From the NCBI GenBank assembly GCA_004375715.1, contig SOKP01000068.1, positions 1 through 48,629 of the forward strand: 48,629 bases of DNA, in the 5' to 3' direction. The notes below the pieces were generated by a model that searched no databases, was not told where the DNA came from, and saw only the letters and a list, made by a program, of their open reading frames with translations. Position numbers and translations under genes: made by a program. The DNA is from Promethearchaeota archaeon. GTDB lineage: Archaea > Asgardarchaeota > Lokiarchaeia > Sigyniarchaeales > SOKP01. How positions within the stretch are numbered: position 1 is the stretch's first letter; each line of letters starts with the position of its first letter. Positions 9,966-18,604 of the stretch are shown piece by piece.

Positions 9966-10382
9966 CTAACCATGATATTTTAAAATAAAACTACGGAAAG
10001 ATTCTTTGACATCTTGAGTTATATGATGCTCAATATCACATGATATCTTTTCTACGAGTTCATCATCAGTTATTTTTAGGATTTTTTTAAAGAAAGTCCG
10101 AAGTAGATTGTGAGTTTCTTCTAACTGAATAGCATATTTTTTTCCCTTATCTGTAAGTCTAATCGATTTTCTAGGTTCCCATCTTATCAATTTTTTATTT
10201 TTTAGCTTATCTAGCATTCCAGAAACTGAAGCAGGTTCGACCTGTAGATTCTCTGCGATCTCTTTATTAGTTACCCAACCGCCCTTTTTTTTCTTTGAAA
10301 TATTATAGATGATGTCTAAATATCTTTGATAACTTTCTGGTATCTCTGATATTTCAGGTGAAAATTTTTCTTTAGCACTCAT
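9966..10382 (-). CDS. DtxR/MntR-family metal-dependent transcriptional repressor
   Basis: The wHTH region ITNKEIAENLQVEPASVSGMLDKLKNKKLIRWEPRKSIRLTDKGK and the following helix (LEETHNLLRTFF) match the DtxR N-terminal and dimerisation pattern. Confidence 0.75.
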   Translation of the reverse strand: MSAKEKFSPEISEIPESYQRYLDIIYNISKKKKGGWVTNKEIAENLQVEPASVSGMLDKLKNKKLIRWEPRKSIRLTDKGKKYAIQLEETHNLLRTFFKKILKITDDELVEKISCDIEHHITQDVKESFRSFILKYHG

Positions 10383-10586
10383 CGTTTTCTAAATGGAAAT
10401 AATCATTATTATTTTTACCGTGCCAAGTTTCATAACATTTATCATTCTTAAAAATTTATTTATTTTTCAGTGAAAAGTACTTGAAATATTTATCAATTCC
10501 TTATCATAAGATGCTTTAACCAAGTTTTGAAAAAAATTATAATAATTAAATCTTTAATAGAAGTAAAATTTTGGAGATAGGAGCTA

Positions 10587-11153
10587 ATGATAAAAAATTT
10601 CCCTGGTTTATTAGTATTGGTTGTAGGTAATTCAGGCTCGGGCAAAGATTCAATAATTTCTGGAGTAGTTAAAAGATTTCCATCTGATTTAAAAGAAATT
10701 CATCTTACTCAACGATATATTACAAGACCAGCTTCAGAAACAGAAGATAATATCGCCATAACTCCAGAAATATTTAAAGAAATGTCTCTTCAGAAAAAAT
10801 TTGCTTTTGAGTGGCACATTTACGATTTGGATTATGGTGTTCCAATAGATATTGACGATTGGTTAAAAAAAGGACACCCAGTACTCGTAAATGTTAGCCG
10901 AACAATTGTGAAAAAAGCTCGTAGCATTTACCGTAAAATTTTAGTTGTTTTTATCAAAGTACCTTTTGAAATAACTTTTCAGAGGATAAAGGAACGAGAC
11001 CGAGAGAGCGGAAAACAATTACAACAAAGAATCCAAAGAGCAAAGGATAACCAAACTTTTCCCGATGCGGATTTTGTCGTTGATAATTCTGGAGAATTGG
11101 AAATTGCTATCGATCAATTCCTAAGTTATTTAATCAGAGTAGTTGAAACATAG
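10587..11153 (+). CDS. phnN: PhnN-like ribose 1,5-bisphosphate phosphokinase (guanylate-kinase-fold P-loop kinase)
   Basis: P-loop GNSGSGKDS. RYITRPAS...EDNIAIT, VLVNVSR and the C-terminal layout parallel E. coli PhnN (GPSGSGKDS, RYITRDAS, VLVNGSR) as I recall it. SD-like GGAG lies upstream. Confidence 0.65.
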   Translation: MIKNFPGLLVLVVGNSGSGKDSIISGVVKRFPSDLKEIHLTQRYITRPASETEDNIAITPEIFKEMSLQKKFAFEWHIYDLDYGVPIDIDDWLKKGHPVLVNVSRTIVKKARSIYRKILVVFIKVPFEITFQRIKERDRESGKQLQQRIQRAKDNQTFPDADFVVDNSGELEIAIDQFLSYLIRVVET

Positions 11154-11384
11154 GAAAAAATCCCGAGCTAGAATATTTAAACCTTCATGTTTATTAATAA
11201 ATAAGGTTAGAAAAGCCAATCTAATTTCCAAATACCATCATATGAAAGAGTTCAAGATCAATGAATTCCTCAACATGAAATTAATAGATGATACCCATTT
11301 TAAGTTATGTTCCATTTTTTTTCTTGAATCTGTGATTTTCAAATGATCACAATTTATTTATAAAACACAAAAGGAGTAAGATTT

Positions 11385-12992
11385 ATGAAAATAAGTATAT
11401 TAAACGAAGTATTAGGACCAATTCTGCATGGGCCTAGTAGTTCTCATACCGCTGCTTCCTATAGTATTGGTCGGTTGATCCATATGTTATGTGAGAACGA
11501 AATAAAGGAAATTTTTATTACATTTGATTCAAAGGGTTCTTTTGATAAGACATATAAATCTCAAAATGGAGATGTTGCGTTCTTATCAGGGATCATTAAT
11601 TTAGCTGTTGATGATCCTGACTTTCTTAATTCTAAAAATGTAGCAAGTGAAGAAGGAATTAGTTATATCTTCGATTCTAAGAATATTCCTGAAGCAGATC
11701 ATCCAAACTATATGTTGATTAATATTCCAGCTAAAAAATTAACAATAGTAGCGAAATCCATAGGAGGAGGTATGATTCTAATAGAAAAAATTAATAACTG
11801 GAAGGTTAAGATTAAAGGAAATAATTATAATATATTAATCGAATTTCTTACGAATTCTAAAGAAAAAATATTGAATTTAATTCAATCATTTTCTAATTCT
11901 CCAGAAAAAATACATGTACAAGATGACGAGAGGTATTCTTTTATTCAACTCAAGAATCCAAATAGGTTTAAAGATGAATTTGTTAATAAATTAAAATCTC
12001 TTGATTTCATTTCTAATATCTGGACTACCCACCCGATACTTTTTCCGACTCATGGTACTCCGTTATTTAAAAATAGCTTTGAGATGCTAAATCTTGCAAT
12101 TGAAAAAAAATATTCTCTCGGAAAGCTTGGGCTTATGTATGAATCAGATCTATTGAATATAGATGAAAAATCCATTTTAGAAGAAATGGAAAAAAGGGTT
12201 TTAGTAATGTTTTCTTCAATTGAAAAGGGCTTGGAAAAGAAAAATTCGCATATGAAATTATTAAAGCATTCTGCAAGTACTATCCAAAAAAAAGAGCCCC
12301 AGCTTTTCAGTTCTGGAATTAATTTAAGAAGCGCTTATAGGGCAATGGCAGCTATGGATACAGCTTCTTCAGGGGGATTAATCTGTGCGGCCCCTACAGG
12401 CGCTTCTTGTGGTGTTATTGCTTCTGTTCTTTATACACTCCATTATGATTTTAAGATTAATATGAATGAGATTATTAAATGTGCATTTGCAGCAGGTGTG
12501 ATTGGTTTAATAAACGGAATGAATTCAACTTTTGCTGCTGAAATAGCTGGATGCCAAGTTGAGATAGGAATGGCTGGAGCAATGGCAGCGGCGGCTGTTA
12601 TCGAAGCTGCTAAGGGTAGTCCTGCGGCAGCCACAGAAGCGGCAGCAATTGCATTGCAAAACACAATGGGATCTGTATGCGATCTTGTTGCGGGATTCTG
12701 TGAAATCCCTTGTCATACTAGGAATGCAGTTGCTGCGTCAAATGCATTTATCTGTGCTGATCTTATCATAGGTGGTTATGCTAATCCAATAAATCTTGAT
12801 GATTCAATCCAAGCATCATTTGAGAGTGGTAAGATGTTGCCCCCTCAATTACGTTGTACTTCATTAGGAGGAATCGCGATCACAGAATCAGCAAAAAAAT
12901 TGGTTCAAGAAGTTAAAGCAGATTATAATAAAGCCATTAAGAAAAATATAAGCAGAATTAAAAAAATCAAAAATGATATAATTAAATATTGA
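11385..12992 (+). CDS. sdaA: L-serine ammonia-lyase (iron-sulfur dependent L-serine dehydratase), single-chain
   Basis: N-terminal GPSSSHTAA motif. C-terminal Ala/Gly-rich alpha domain with Cys ligand context GASCG and VCDLVAGFCEIPCHTRNA. SD-like AAGGAG lies upstream. Confidence 0.8.
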   Translation: MKISILNEVLGPILHGPSSSHTAASYSIGRLIHMLCENEIKEIFITFDSKGSFDKTYKSQNGDVAFLSGIINLAVDDPDFLNSKNVASEEGISYIFDSKNIPEADHPNYMLINIPAKKLTIVAKSIGGGMILIEKINNWKVKIKGNNYNILIEFLTNSKEKILNLIQSFSNSPEKIHVQDDERYSFIQLKNPNRFKDEFVNKLKSLDFISNIWTTHPILFPTHGTPLFKNSFEMLNLAIEKKYSLGKLGLMYESDLLNIDEKSILEEMEKRVLVMFSSIEKGLEKKNSHMKLLKHSASTIQKKEPQLFSSGINLRSAYRAMAAMDTASSGGLICAAPTGASCGVIASVLYTLHYDFKINMNEIIKCAFAAGVIGLINGMNSTFAAEIAGCQVEIGMAGAMAAAAVIEAAKGSPAAATEAAAIALQNTMGSVCDLVAGFCEIPCHTRNAVAASNAFICADLIIGGYANPINLDDSIQASFESGKMLPPQLRCTSLGGIAITESAKKLVQEVKADYNKAIKKNISRIKKIKNDIIKY

Positions 12993-13084
12993 GGACCATC
13001 TTAATGAAGAATAGCATTATTTGCTTTTTTCGAACATTCATAAAATTTTTTTAGTCGGTAATATTATATCAGATATACTTCTAT

Positions 13085-13244
13085 GGCCCGGTTCGTATAG
13101 TGGTTAGTGGTAAGATTTTAATCTATCCAACTAATATTGGGGACAAACTTAGTATTTCTTACTAAATTCTCCTATGTGAATCCCTAGAAGCGTAAGAAAA
13201 TTCTTATGGCTGGGGAAAGGCGAGTTCGATTCTCGCATCGGGCC
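13085..13244 (+). tRNA. tRNA-His(GUG) interrupted by three putative introns (27, 30 and 29 nt)
   Basis: Manual fold. G-1 is at 13085. Acceptor GCCCGGU (13086-92) pairs with AUCGGGC (13237-43), and discriminator C73 (13244) pairs with G-1. U8. D-stem GUAU (13095-98)/AUAU (13134-37). D-loop AGUGGUUA. Anticodon stem GGGGA (13139-43)/UCCCU (13181-85). Anticodon loop C|UGUGAA with GUG at 13176-78. Variable loop AGAAG. T-arm GCGAG-UUCGAUU-CUCGC (13220-36). Intervening segments are 13107-13133, 13145-13174 and 13191-13219. The spliced length is 74 nt including G-1. Confidence 0.7.
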
Positions 13245-13367
13245 CTCTTATATTTCATAAATTCAATTTATTTACCTCTGGGTGCCTTATTTTATACTAT
13301 AAACAATAAATTAATATCTTGTAGTGAATTTTACTCAGCAATTAAAAATTGGTTCTTGGGTTAGACT

Positions 13368-13820
13368 ATGGTTGATTTAGATCCAGAGAAACTTAGAGAC
13401 ATACCAGGATGGGAAAATGCTCCAATTCACATATGTATGGGTGCTGATTGTCGAGGTCTAACTTTTTGTTGTAAACCAGGGTATTCTCTTACTTTTGGTT
13501 TTAAATGTAGTCGAGATGAAGCTTTAAAAGATTTGGAACTAAGTCCAGAAGAATTTATCAAAATTAAAGAAGATTTTTCGAGAGAAAACGATTGGGACTC
13601 CGATCTCGTATGTTTTGGATCAATTTCGTATTGTTGTATGAGAAAAGGAGGGTGTTCACGGAGAGATCCTGCGCTACAAATGAGATATCCAGATAAAACC
13701 CGAGAAGAATTTATGAAAATTTATTACGAAAAAAAGAAAGAGTTAGCTCAAAAAATCTTAGAATTCGTAAACAACAACGGAAATAAAGAAAAAGTTGAGC
13801 CGTATCTAGATTTATTCTAA
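13368..13820 (+). CDS. Cysteine-rich hypothetical protein (possible metal/Fe-S binding)
   Basis: 150 aa with clustered Cys: CMGADCRGLTFCC, KC, CFGSISYCCMRKGGC. I recognise no family. Confidence 0.5.
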   Translation: MVDLDPEKLRDIPGWENAPIHICMGADCRGLTFCCKPGYSLTFGFKCSRDEALKDLELSPEEFIKIKEDFSRENDWDSDLVCFGSISYCCMRKGGCSRRDPALQMRYPDKTREEFMKIYYEKKKELAQKILEFVNNNGNKEKVEPYLDLF

Positions 13821-13881
13821 AATTATATTTCAAAAAACAAAAATACTCTTCTGCTTTAATTAATTTTAAGAGGGATTTAAC

Positions 13882-14838
13882 TTGAGAATGATTGTATTAA
13901 TTACTCACGAACACGATCTCGACGGACTTGGCTCACAAGCAATAATTAAACGTCATCTTGGTCTATCATCAGAAGCCCATCAAACAGAAATAATCTATGC
14001 CTTCGCTACTTATGTTGATTTCGTTGAAAAGATTCGAGGAATTTTAAATTTAGATAAAATTCCTTCACAGTTAATAATTTCTGATATAGGTTTTAATGAC
14101 TCTTTCGAAGAATTATTTACATATTTTGAGACCGCAACAAAGCGAGGATGCAAAATATCGTGGTTCGATCATCACATAGTCGATGATTTGGTTAAAGAAA
14201 GATTGAGAAACTTAATTCATACATATGTAAATGACCCCGAAAGATGTGCGGCAGAAATAATTAAAGATTACTTTTTACCAAACGATATCATATCAAATAC
14301 CATCGCTAAATTTGCCAGAGATACAGATTTCAGAACTCTTTTATTCGAGGTAGCTTCAGATTTCCAATCAATTATCAGTTTTAATAGAGGGACTCATAAC
14401 GATCACAATAAACACAGAGTAGTCGAATTATTATCTCAAGGTGATTTTGAAAATGAGTGGTTTAATTCCCAATTAGAATCCTTAAAACAATGGCTCGAAG
14501 AAGAATCTTTGTTTGCCTTGCAACACGCTACAATTATTTCTCTAGAATCATTTGGAGATGTCATTATCTCTTGGGCTAAGTTAGGGGGGGGTAAAATTAC
14601 GAAGGTAGTAAGACAGAAATTTCCTCATGCGAAAGCCTTTATTGGTATCGACTCAAGACATAACGAGATTATAATTCACAGCGATTTCCTTAATTGTCGA
14701 GAGTTTGCTAAGGAATTTGAAGGAGGAGGACATAAAGAAAGAGCCGGTTTTAAACACTCGCATATTTTCGATAACCCTAATGTACTAACCCAATCTTTTC
14801 TTGATGAAATTAAGAAAAAAATTCTTAAACATATTTAA
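13882..14838 (+). CDS. DHH/DHHA1-family phosphoesterase (NrnA/RecJ-like)
   Basis: Motifs HEHDLDGLGS (DHH motif I/II), SDIGFND, WFDHH (DHH) and GGGHKERAG (DHHA1). The track start is TTG at 13882; an ATG follows at 13888. Confidence 0.8.
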   Translation: MRMIVLITHEHDLDGLGSQAIIKRHLGLSSEAHQTEIIYAFATYVDFVEKIRGILNLDKIPSQLIISDIGFNDSFEELFTYFETATKRGCKISWFDHHIVDDLVKERLRNLIHTYVNDPERCAAEIIKDYFLPNDIISNTIAKFARDTDFRTLLFEVASDFQSIISFNRGTHNDHNKHRVVELLSQGDFENEWFNSQLESLKQWLEEESLFALQHATIISLESFGDVIISWAKLGGGKITKVVRQKFPHAKAFIGIDSRHNEIIIHSDFLNCREFAKEFEGGGHKERAGFKHSHIFDNPNVLTQSFLDEIKKKILKHI

Positions 14839-14916
14839 CAAACTAATTATTTTTAATATATAAATATCTTTTAAAAATATTAATTAACACCTGATGAATA
14901 AGTTAGGAATAGTTCT

Positions 14917-16197
14917 ATGACTAAAATCATCTTTATATCTGCTTTTCCGCCAATGATACATGGAATAGGATCTTATACCAAGTATTTAGCCGATGCTTTG
15001 TATAAAAAGGGTTGTGAGTGTGGAATAATAAGTTTTGATCCTTATGCTTGTGAATTTCCCATAATGAAAGAGAAAAAAGTAGAATGCAAATATCCAGTTC
15101 TGTATACTATCACTAGTAATAATAAATATAAATTCAATCTGATCATTGACAGTTTAACTAACTTATATAAAAATGGGGATAATTATGTTGTTTGGATACA
15201 ACAAGGTGATAGTTTTTGGAGAAATCGTCTAGAATTTGTTAAGATGTTGAAATTTTTCAAGAAAAAGAAAGTTAAAAACATAATTGTTACACATCACACT
15301 CTTAATTTTCAGAGCCCTGAAACCAGATATGGTCTTAAAAAATGGCAATATGAATTACTTAAAAACGAATTACCTTATATAGATGTGAATACTGTGTTCA
15401 CAAATGGGGTTTATATGGCAATTACTAAAGCATTCCCGGAATATAAAGAAAAAATTGTTTTAATTAGGCATGGTGTCCCATCATATCCTCGAATAAGTCA
15501 GAAGAATGCTAAAAAAGAAATTTTAAGGTGGCTTGAGAGTGAAAATGAATTAAAAAAAGATTGGCAAAAAAGTGTAGAAGAATTAAATTCAAAGATTTTT
15601 GAAAAGAATGCTATTACATTTGGAGATGTAGGTTTCATAGACAATAGAAAACTCTCAACTGATATCTATCTTACTATAAAACTTCTTCAAAAAAAATTCC
15701 CGAACAAGAATATTATTGGTTTGTATATCGGAACTCTAAGCTTTCTATCTAAACAAAAAATTAGCTATCTACAAAGACTTAAAAATCTACACAATCCTGA
15801 GAATAACTTCTACTTCTTTGAAACCTATGTGCCTGAGAGATTATTTGCGAAATCACTAAGGGCTTTAGACATAGTTCATATGTGGCAAGAAGATTGCAGG
15901 CAGAGTGGAAAATTAGCACACGCTATTGGTATTGGTGCCATAGTCATTGGTAGAAAACTCGAGGGTGTAGGCGAAACTCTTAAAATGTGTGATTATCCTG
16001 CGCTTAACAATTATAAAGAATTTCTAAATGAAATAGAGCGAGTTACAGCCGATTCGGAGTCTAAAGATTTAATGAAGAAAAGTGCTAGCAAGTATGCTAG
16101 GACTTATAGTTGGGAGAATCAGGGCTTAAAACATATAGAACTTGTAGAATCTTTAATATCAGAAGGCAAATTACCTATTTTAGATGGATGGGAGTGA
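14917..16197 (+). CDS. GT-B glycosyltransferase (GT4-like)
   Basis: 426 aa. N-terminus IIFISAFPPMIHGIGSYTKYL is typical of GT4/group-1 enzymes. A C-terminal E-x-G-rich donor-binding-like region is present (RKLEGVGE). Confidence 0.55.
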   Translation: MTKIIFISAFPPMIHGIGSYTKYLADALYKKGCECGIISFDPYACEFPIMKEKKVECKYPVLYTITSNNKYKFNLIIDSLTNLYKNGDNYVVWIQQGDSFWRNRLEFVKMLKFFKKKKVKNIIVTHHTLNFQSPETRYGLKKWQYELLKNELPYIDVNTVFTNGVYMAITKAFPEYKEKIVLIRHGVPSYPRISQKNAKKEILRWLESENELKKDWQKSVEELNSKIFEKNAITFGDVGFIDNRKLSTDIYLTIKLLQKKFPNKNIIGLYIGTLSFLSKQKISYLQRLKNLHNPENNFYFFETYVPERLFAKSLRALDIVHMWQEDCRQSGKLAHAIGIGAIVIGRKLEGVGETLKMCDYPALNNYKEFLNEIERVTADSESKDLMKKSASKYARTYSWENQGLKHIELVESLISEGKLPILDGWE

Positions 16198-16201
16198 TTA
16201 G

Positions 16202-17386
16202 ATGAAATATGAATTGAGAAATTTTCCTCTTAAAAGAAAAGAATTTGATGAAAAATTGAGTTTTGCTGAAAAAAATCTCTTCAGTTTGGGGTTAAAAGAT
16301 GTAGCAGAAGAGATTGGTCGAGAGAACGCAAAGTGGTTCATAGCTAATATACATTCTATTCAAGAAAAATTAGGCTATGAAAAACAAGCGTTGGTTGTCG
16401 GAGCACCTGGTTTTACTTTCCAAACATCCTCTGACAAATTTCGCAGAGGTATTCCTGAAGGAGCAAGGTTCACATGGGGAGATAATACGTATGATTTTAT
16501 TCCAGCAGACTTAGATATAGATTTTTGTGGTATGTTAGTTGGCATGGTAGAAGATGATCTAAGTCTTGAGAGAATTTTGAACATATTATATGAAATAAGA
16601 GAAAAAAAATATGAAATTGATAATATAGAGATAGAAAAATCTTATTTTTGGCCAGGAAGTCATTTCTTGAAAGTATTTGATGTTAAAAACTATAAAGATC
16701 TAGACTTACCGAAAAATGTTGCGGTTTTGCATACATCTTCAAATAAAATGCGGAATCAATTAAAAGATTTAGTTCGAGAGAGAGCTGAAAAAATAGAAAC
16801 ATCCTTTGGTATAACACATATTTTGCGAGGAAAATATGCGAAGGAATATGAGAAATTTTGCAAGTATGCAAGCGACTTTTCTAAAAGAAAACGACAGATT
16901 CTCTTTGAAGAGATTTTTGATGGTGAGATAATAGCAAACCATAATCACTGTGATTTAAAGGGACTTAATGAAGCAATTATTGGCTGTGATGTTGTTGACG
17001 AGGGAGAAATTTCTGTGATATCATTAATTAATAGAGCTTATCTAGTTAAAGGTAAAAAGAATCTTTCTTCAGAAAAAATCGAAGAATGTTTCGGTTCAAG
17101 ATCAATTGAAGAATGGGCATATAAATACCTTTTAAACCTTAATATGGTTCCTCATGGAGGGGGTCATGAATTACCTGGAGTAGATCGTCTTGAAAAAGTC
17201 ATTTTTTTTCCTAAGGGAAGAATTTTTTTTTTAAAGTGTGGTTCTAGGACCGAGGTATATGAAGACTTGTGGAATTTCCCTCGCGGTTACAGAGTAGAAG
17301 GTATTTTGGAGAGAATCCAATCTCTTGGATTAGCAAGTCATTATGCAACTCTTCAATTAAATTATACTATCAAAGTTGATTTCTGA
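16202..17386 (+). CDS. Divergent RtcB-like protein (RNA 3'-phosphate ligase fold, shortened)
   Basis: Colinear matches to the RtcB metal/GMP-His motifs as I recall them from P. horikoshii RtcB: DIDFCGM vs YDINCGV, PGSHFLKV vs SGNHFLEV, VLHTSSN vs MVHTGSR, ANHNH vs VAHNI, VPHGGGH vs TCHGAGR. The N-terminal PDGHQG motif is not conserved. 394 aa, versus about 480 for canonical RtcB. It starts 4 nt after the GT4 stop, so they probably form an operon. Confidence 0.45.
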   Translation: MKYELRNFPLKRKEFDEKLSFAEKNLFSLGLKDVAEEIGRENAKWFIANIHSIQEKLGYEKQALVVGAPGFTFQTSSDKFRRGIPEGARFTWGDNTYDFIPADLDIDFCGMLVGMVEDDLSLERILNILYEIREKKYEIDNIEIEKSYFWPGSHFLKVFDVKNYKDLDLPKNVAVLHTSSNKMRNQLKDLVRERAEKIETSFGITHILRGKYAKEYEKFCKYASDFSKRKRQILFEEIFDGEIIANHNHCDLKGLNEAIIGCDVVDEGEISVISLINRAYLVKGKKNLSSEKIEECFGSRSIEEWAYKYLLNLNMVPHGGGHELPGVDRLEKVIFFPKGRIFFLKCGSRTEVYEDLWNFPRGYRVEGILERIQSLGLASHYATLQLNYTIKVDF

Positions 17387-17791
17387 GATCAAAAAATATA
17401 TTCAATGTCATTAAATCAAGTTGATAATTTCTTAACTATGGATTTCTTTTTTCTGTTATAAATTTCTATAAAATTCTTACTTTTTCTTAAATTAGTGGTT
17501 AATTCTTTTCTTTTATTTAAATAAATACTTATTTTATGAAAAAATTTTTAATTAAGGTTGATTTATATTTCTAATTATAGTAAATAAATTAAATATCCCA
17601 AATGTTTCATGAATTTGTAATTCACCAAAGCGTTATTTTCATAATCTTAAAACATTCTAATTCGTTGATCATATAGTTTAAAGGGTTAATTAATTTAATT
17701 AATATTTTTGTATTGTAATGTAAAACAATTCTAGATAAAATAAGAAAGGTTTTAGTCACACCGAACCAGTTTAAAAAGGAGGAATAGAAAA

Positions 17792-18604
17792 ATGGATGGA
17801 TTAATCCTTGCAGCGGGTTGTTCTAGTCGATTTAATTCAATGGATAACGCATTTAAAAAATATTTATTAAAAGTAAATAATTCGAATATTCTAAGTTACA
17901 TTATTACTGGAATGATTAAAACTGGAATTAGCAAAATCACTATTATAGCTAGTAAAATTTCAAATAAATCAAAATATAAACAATTTCTCTTAAATTCCAT
18001 AGGAAAACTAGGAATTGATTTTAAAAATTTTAAATTAAATATCATTGAAAATAAAATTCCAAAAAGGGAAAACGGTTATAGTCTTTTTTTAGGTTTAAAT
18101 GCGATCTCCTCTGAATATACATTATTATCAATGGCAGACCACATTTTCTCAGAAAACATTTTTTCTCAATTGTTAATGAATTATCACAAATCTGATATTC
18201 TCTTAGCTACAGATCCCATACATTTAAAAGACCCTTATAAATTAGAAGACGCTACTAAAATATACGGACTTAATTCTTTTATTACCAAGATTGGTAAAGA
18301 GATACCTAAGTATAACCGATTAGATATGGGAGCTTTTATATTAAGGACGAAAGTTATTCGTAATCTTTGTCAGGAAATAAATTTAAATACTTATAAATTT
18401 GGAGTAACAAATGTTGTTCTTTTAGCTATCGAATCAGGACTTAATGTAAGTTATTCTGATTTTCCAAATGTCTTTTGGCTAGATGTAGATAATTCTTCTA
18501 TATATCATCAATTAAAAGAATTTTTTCGCGAATCTTCTAATTTACATCCTTTTGGTTTAAACATCAAAAACGTACCTGTTATAAGGAAAAAAGAAAAAAC
18601 ATGA
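17792..18604 (+). CDS. CTP:L-myo-inositol-1-phosphate cytidylyltransferase (IPCT)-like nucleotidyltransferase
   Basis: N-terminal LILAAGCSSRF. ENGYSLFLG, SMADHIFS, EDATKIYG...ITKIGKE, LDMGAFIL and WLDVDN parallel the IPCT domain of A. fulgidus IPCT-DIPPS (GNGYSLL, MGDHVYS, GEATKIRV...KIGKD, VDTGFFVL, WMDVDT) as I recall it. Strong SD AAGGAGG lies 9 nt upstream. Confidence 0.7.
   Translation: MDGLILAAGCSSRFNSMDNAFKKYLLKVNNSNILSYIITGMIKTGISKITIIASKISNKSKYKQFLLNSIGKLGIDFKNFKLNIIENKIPKRENGYSLFLGLNAISSEYTLLSMADHIFSENIFSQLLMNYHKSDILLATDPIHLKDPYKLEDATKIYGLNSFITKIGKEIPKYNRLDMGAFILRTKVIRNLCQEINLNTYKFGVTNVVLLAIESGLNVSYSDFPNVFWLDVDNSSIYHQLKEFFRESSNLHPFGLNIKNVPVIRKKEKT

Noticed and set aside
11143-11346. 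67-aa ORF overlapping the 3' end of the PhnN-like gene and running into the intergenic region
   Set aside because: No motif, a Lys/Phe-rich translation typical of AT-rich non-coding DNA, and no SD-like sequence. The real downstream gene (sdaA) has its own SD and ATG at 11385.
12443-12716. Two antisense ORFs (12443..12664, 12525..12716) with Ala-rich translations
   Set aside because: They are mirror images of the Ala/Gly-rich (GC-richer) alpha domain of L-serine dehydratase. GCN-rich sense codons keep the antisense frames open.
13181-13215. Alternative anticodon arm for the tRNA using CCCUAG (13182-87) paired with CUGGGG (13210-15)
   Set aside because: This pairing leaves no acceptable D-arm and gives an anticodon loop without U33. 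It is better explained as a pre-tRNA helix flanking the third intron. The His model satisfies all four arms plus G-1:C73.
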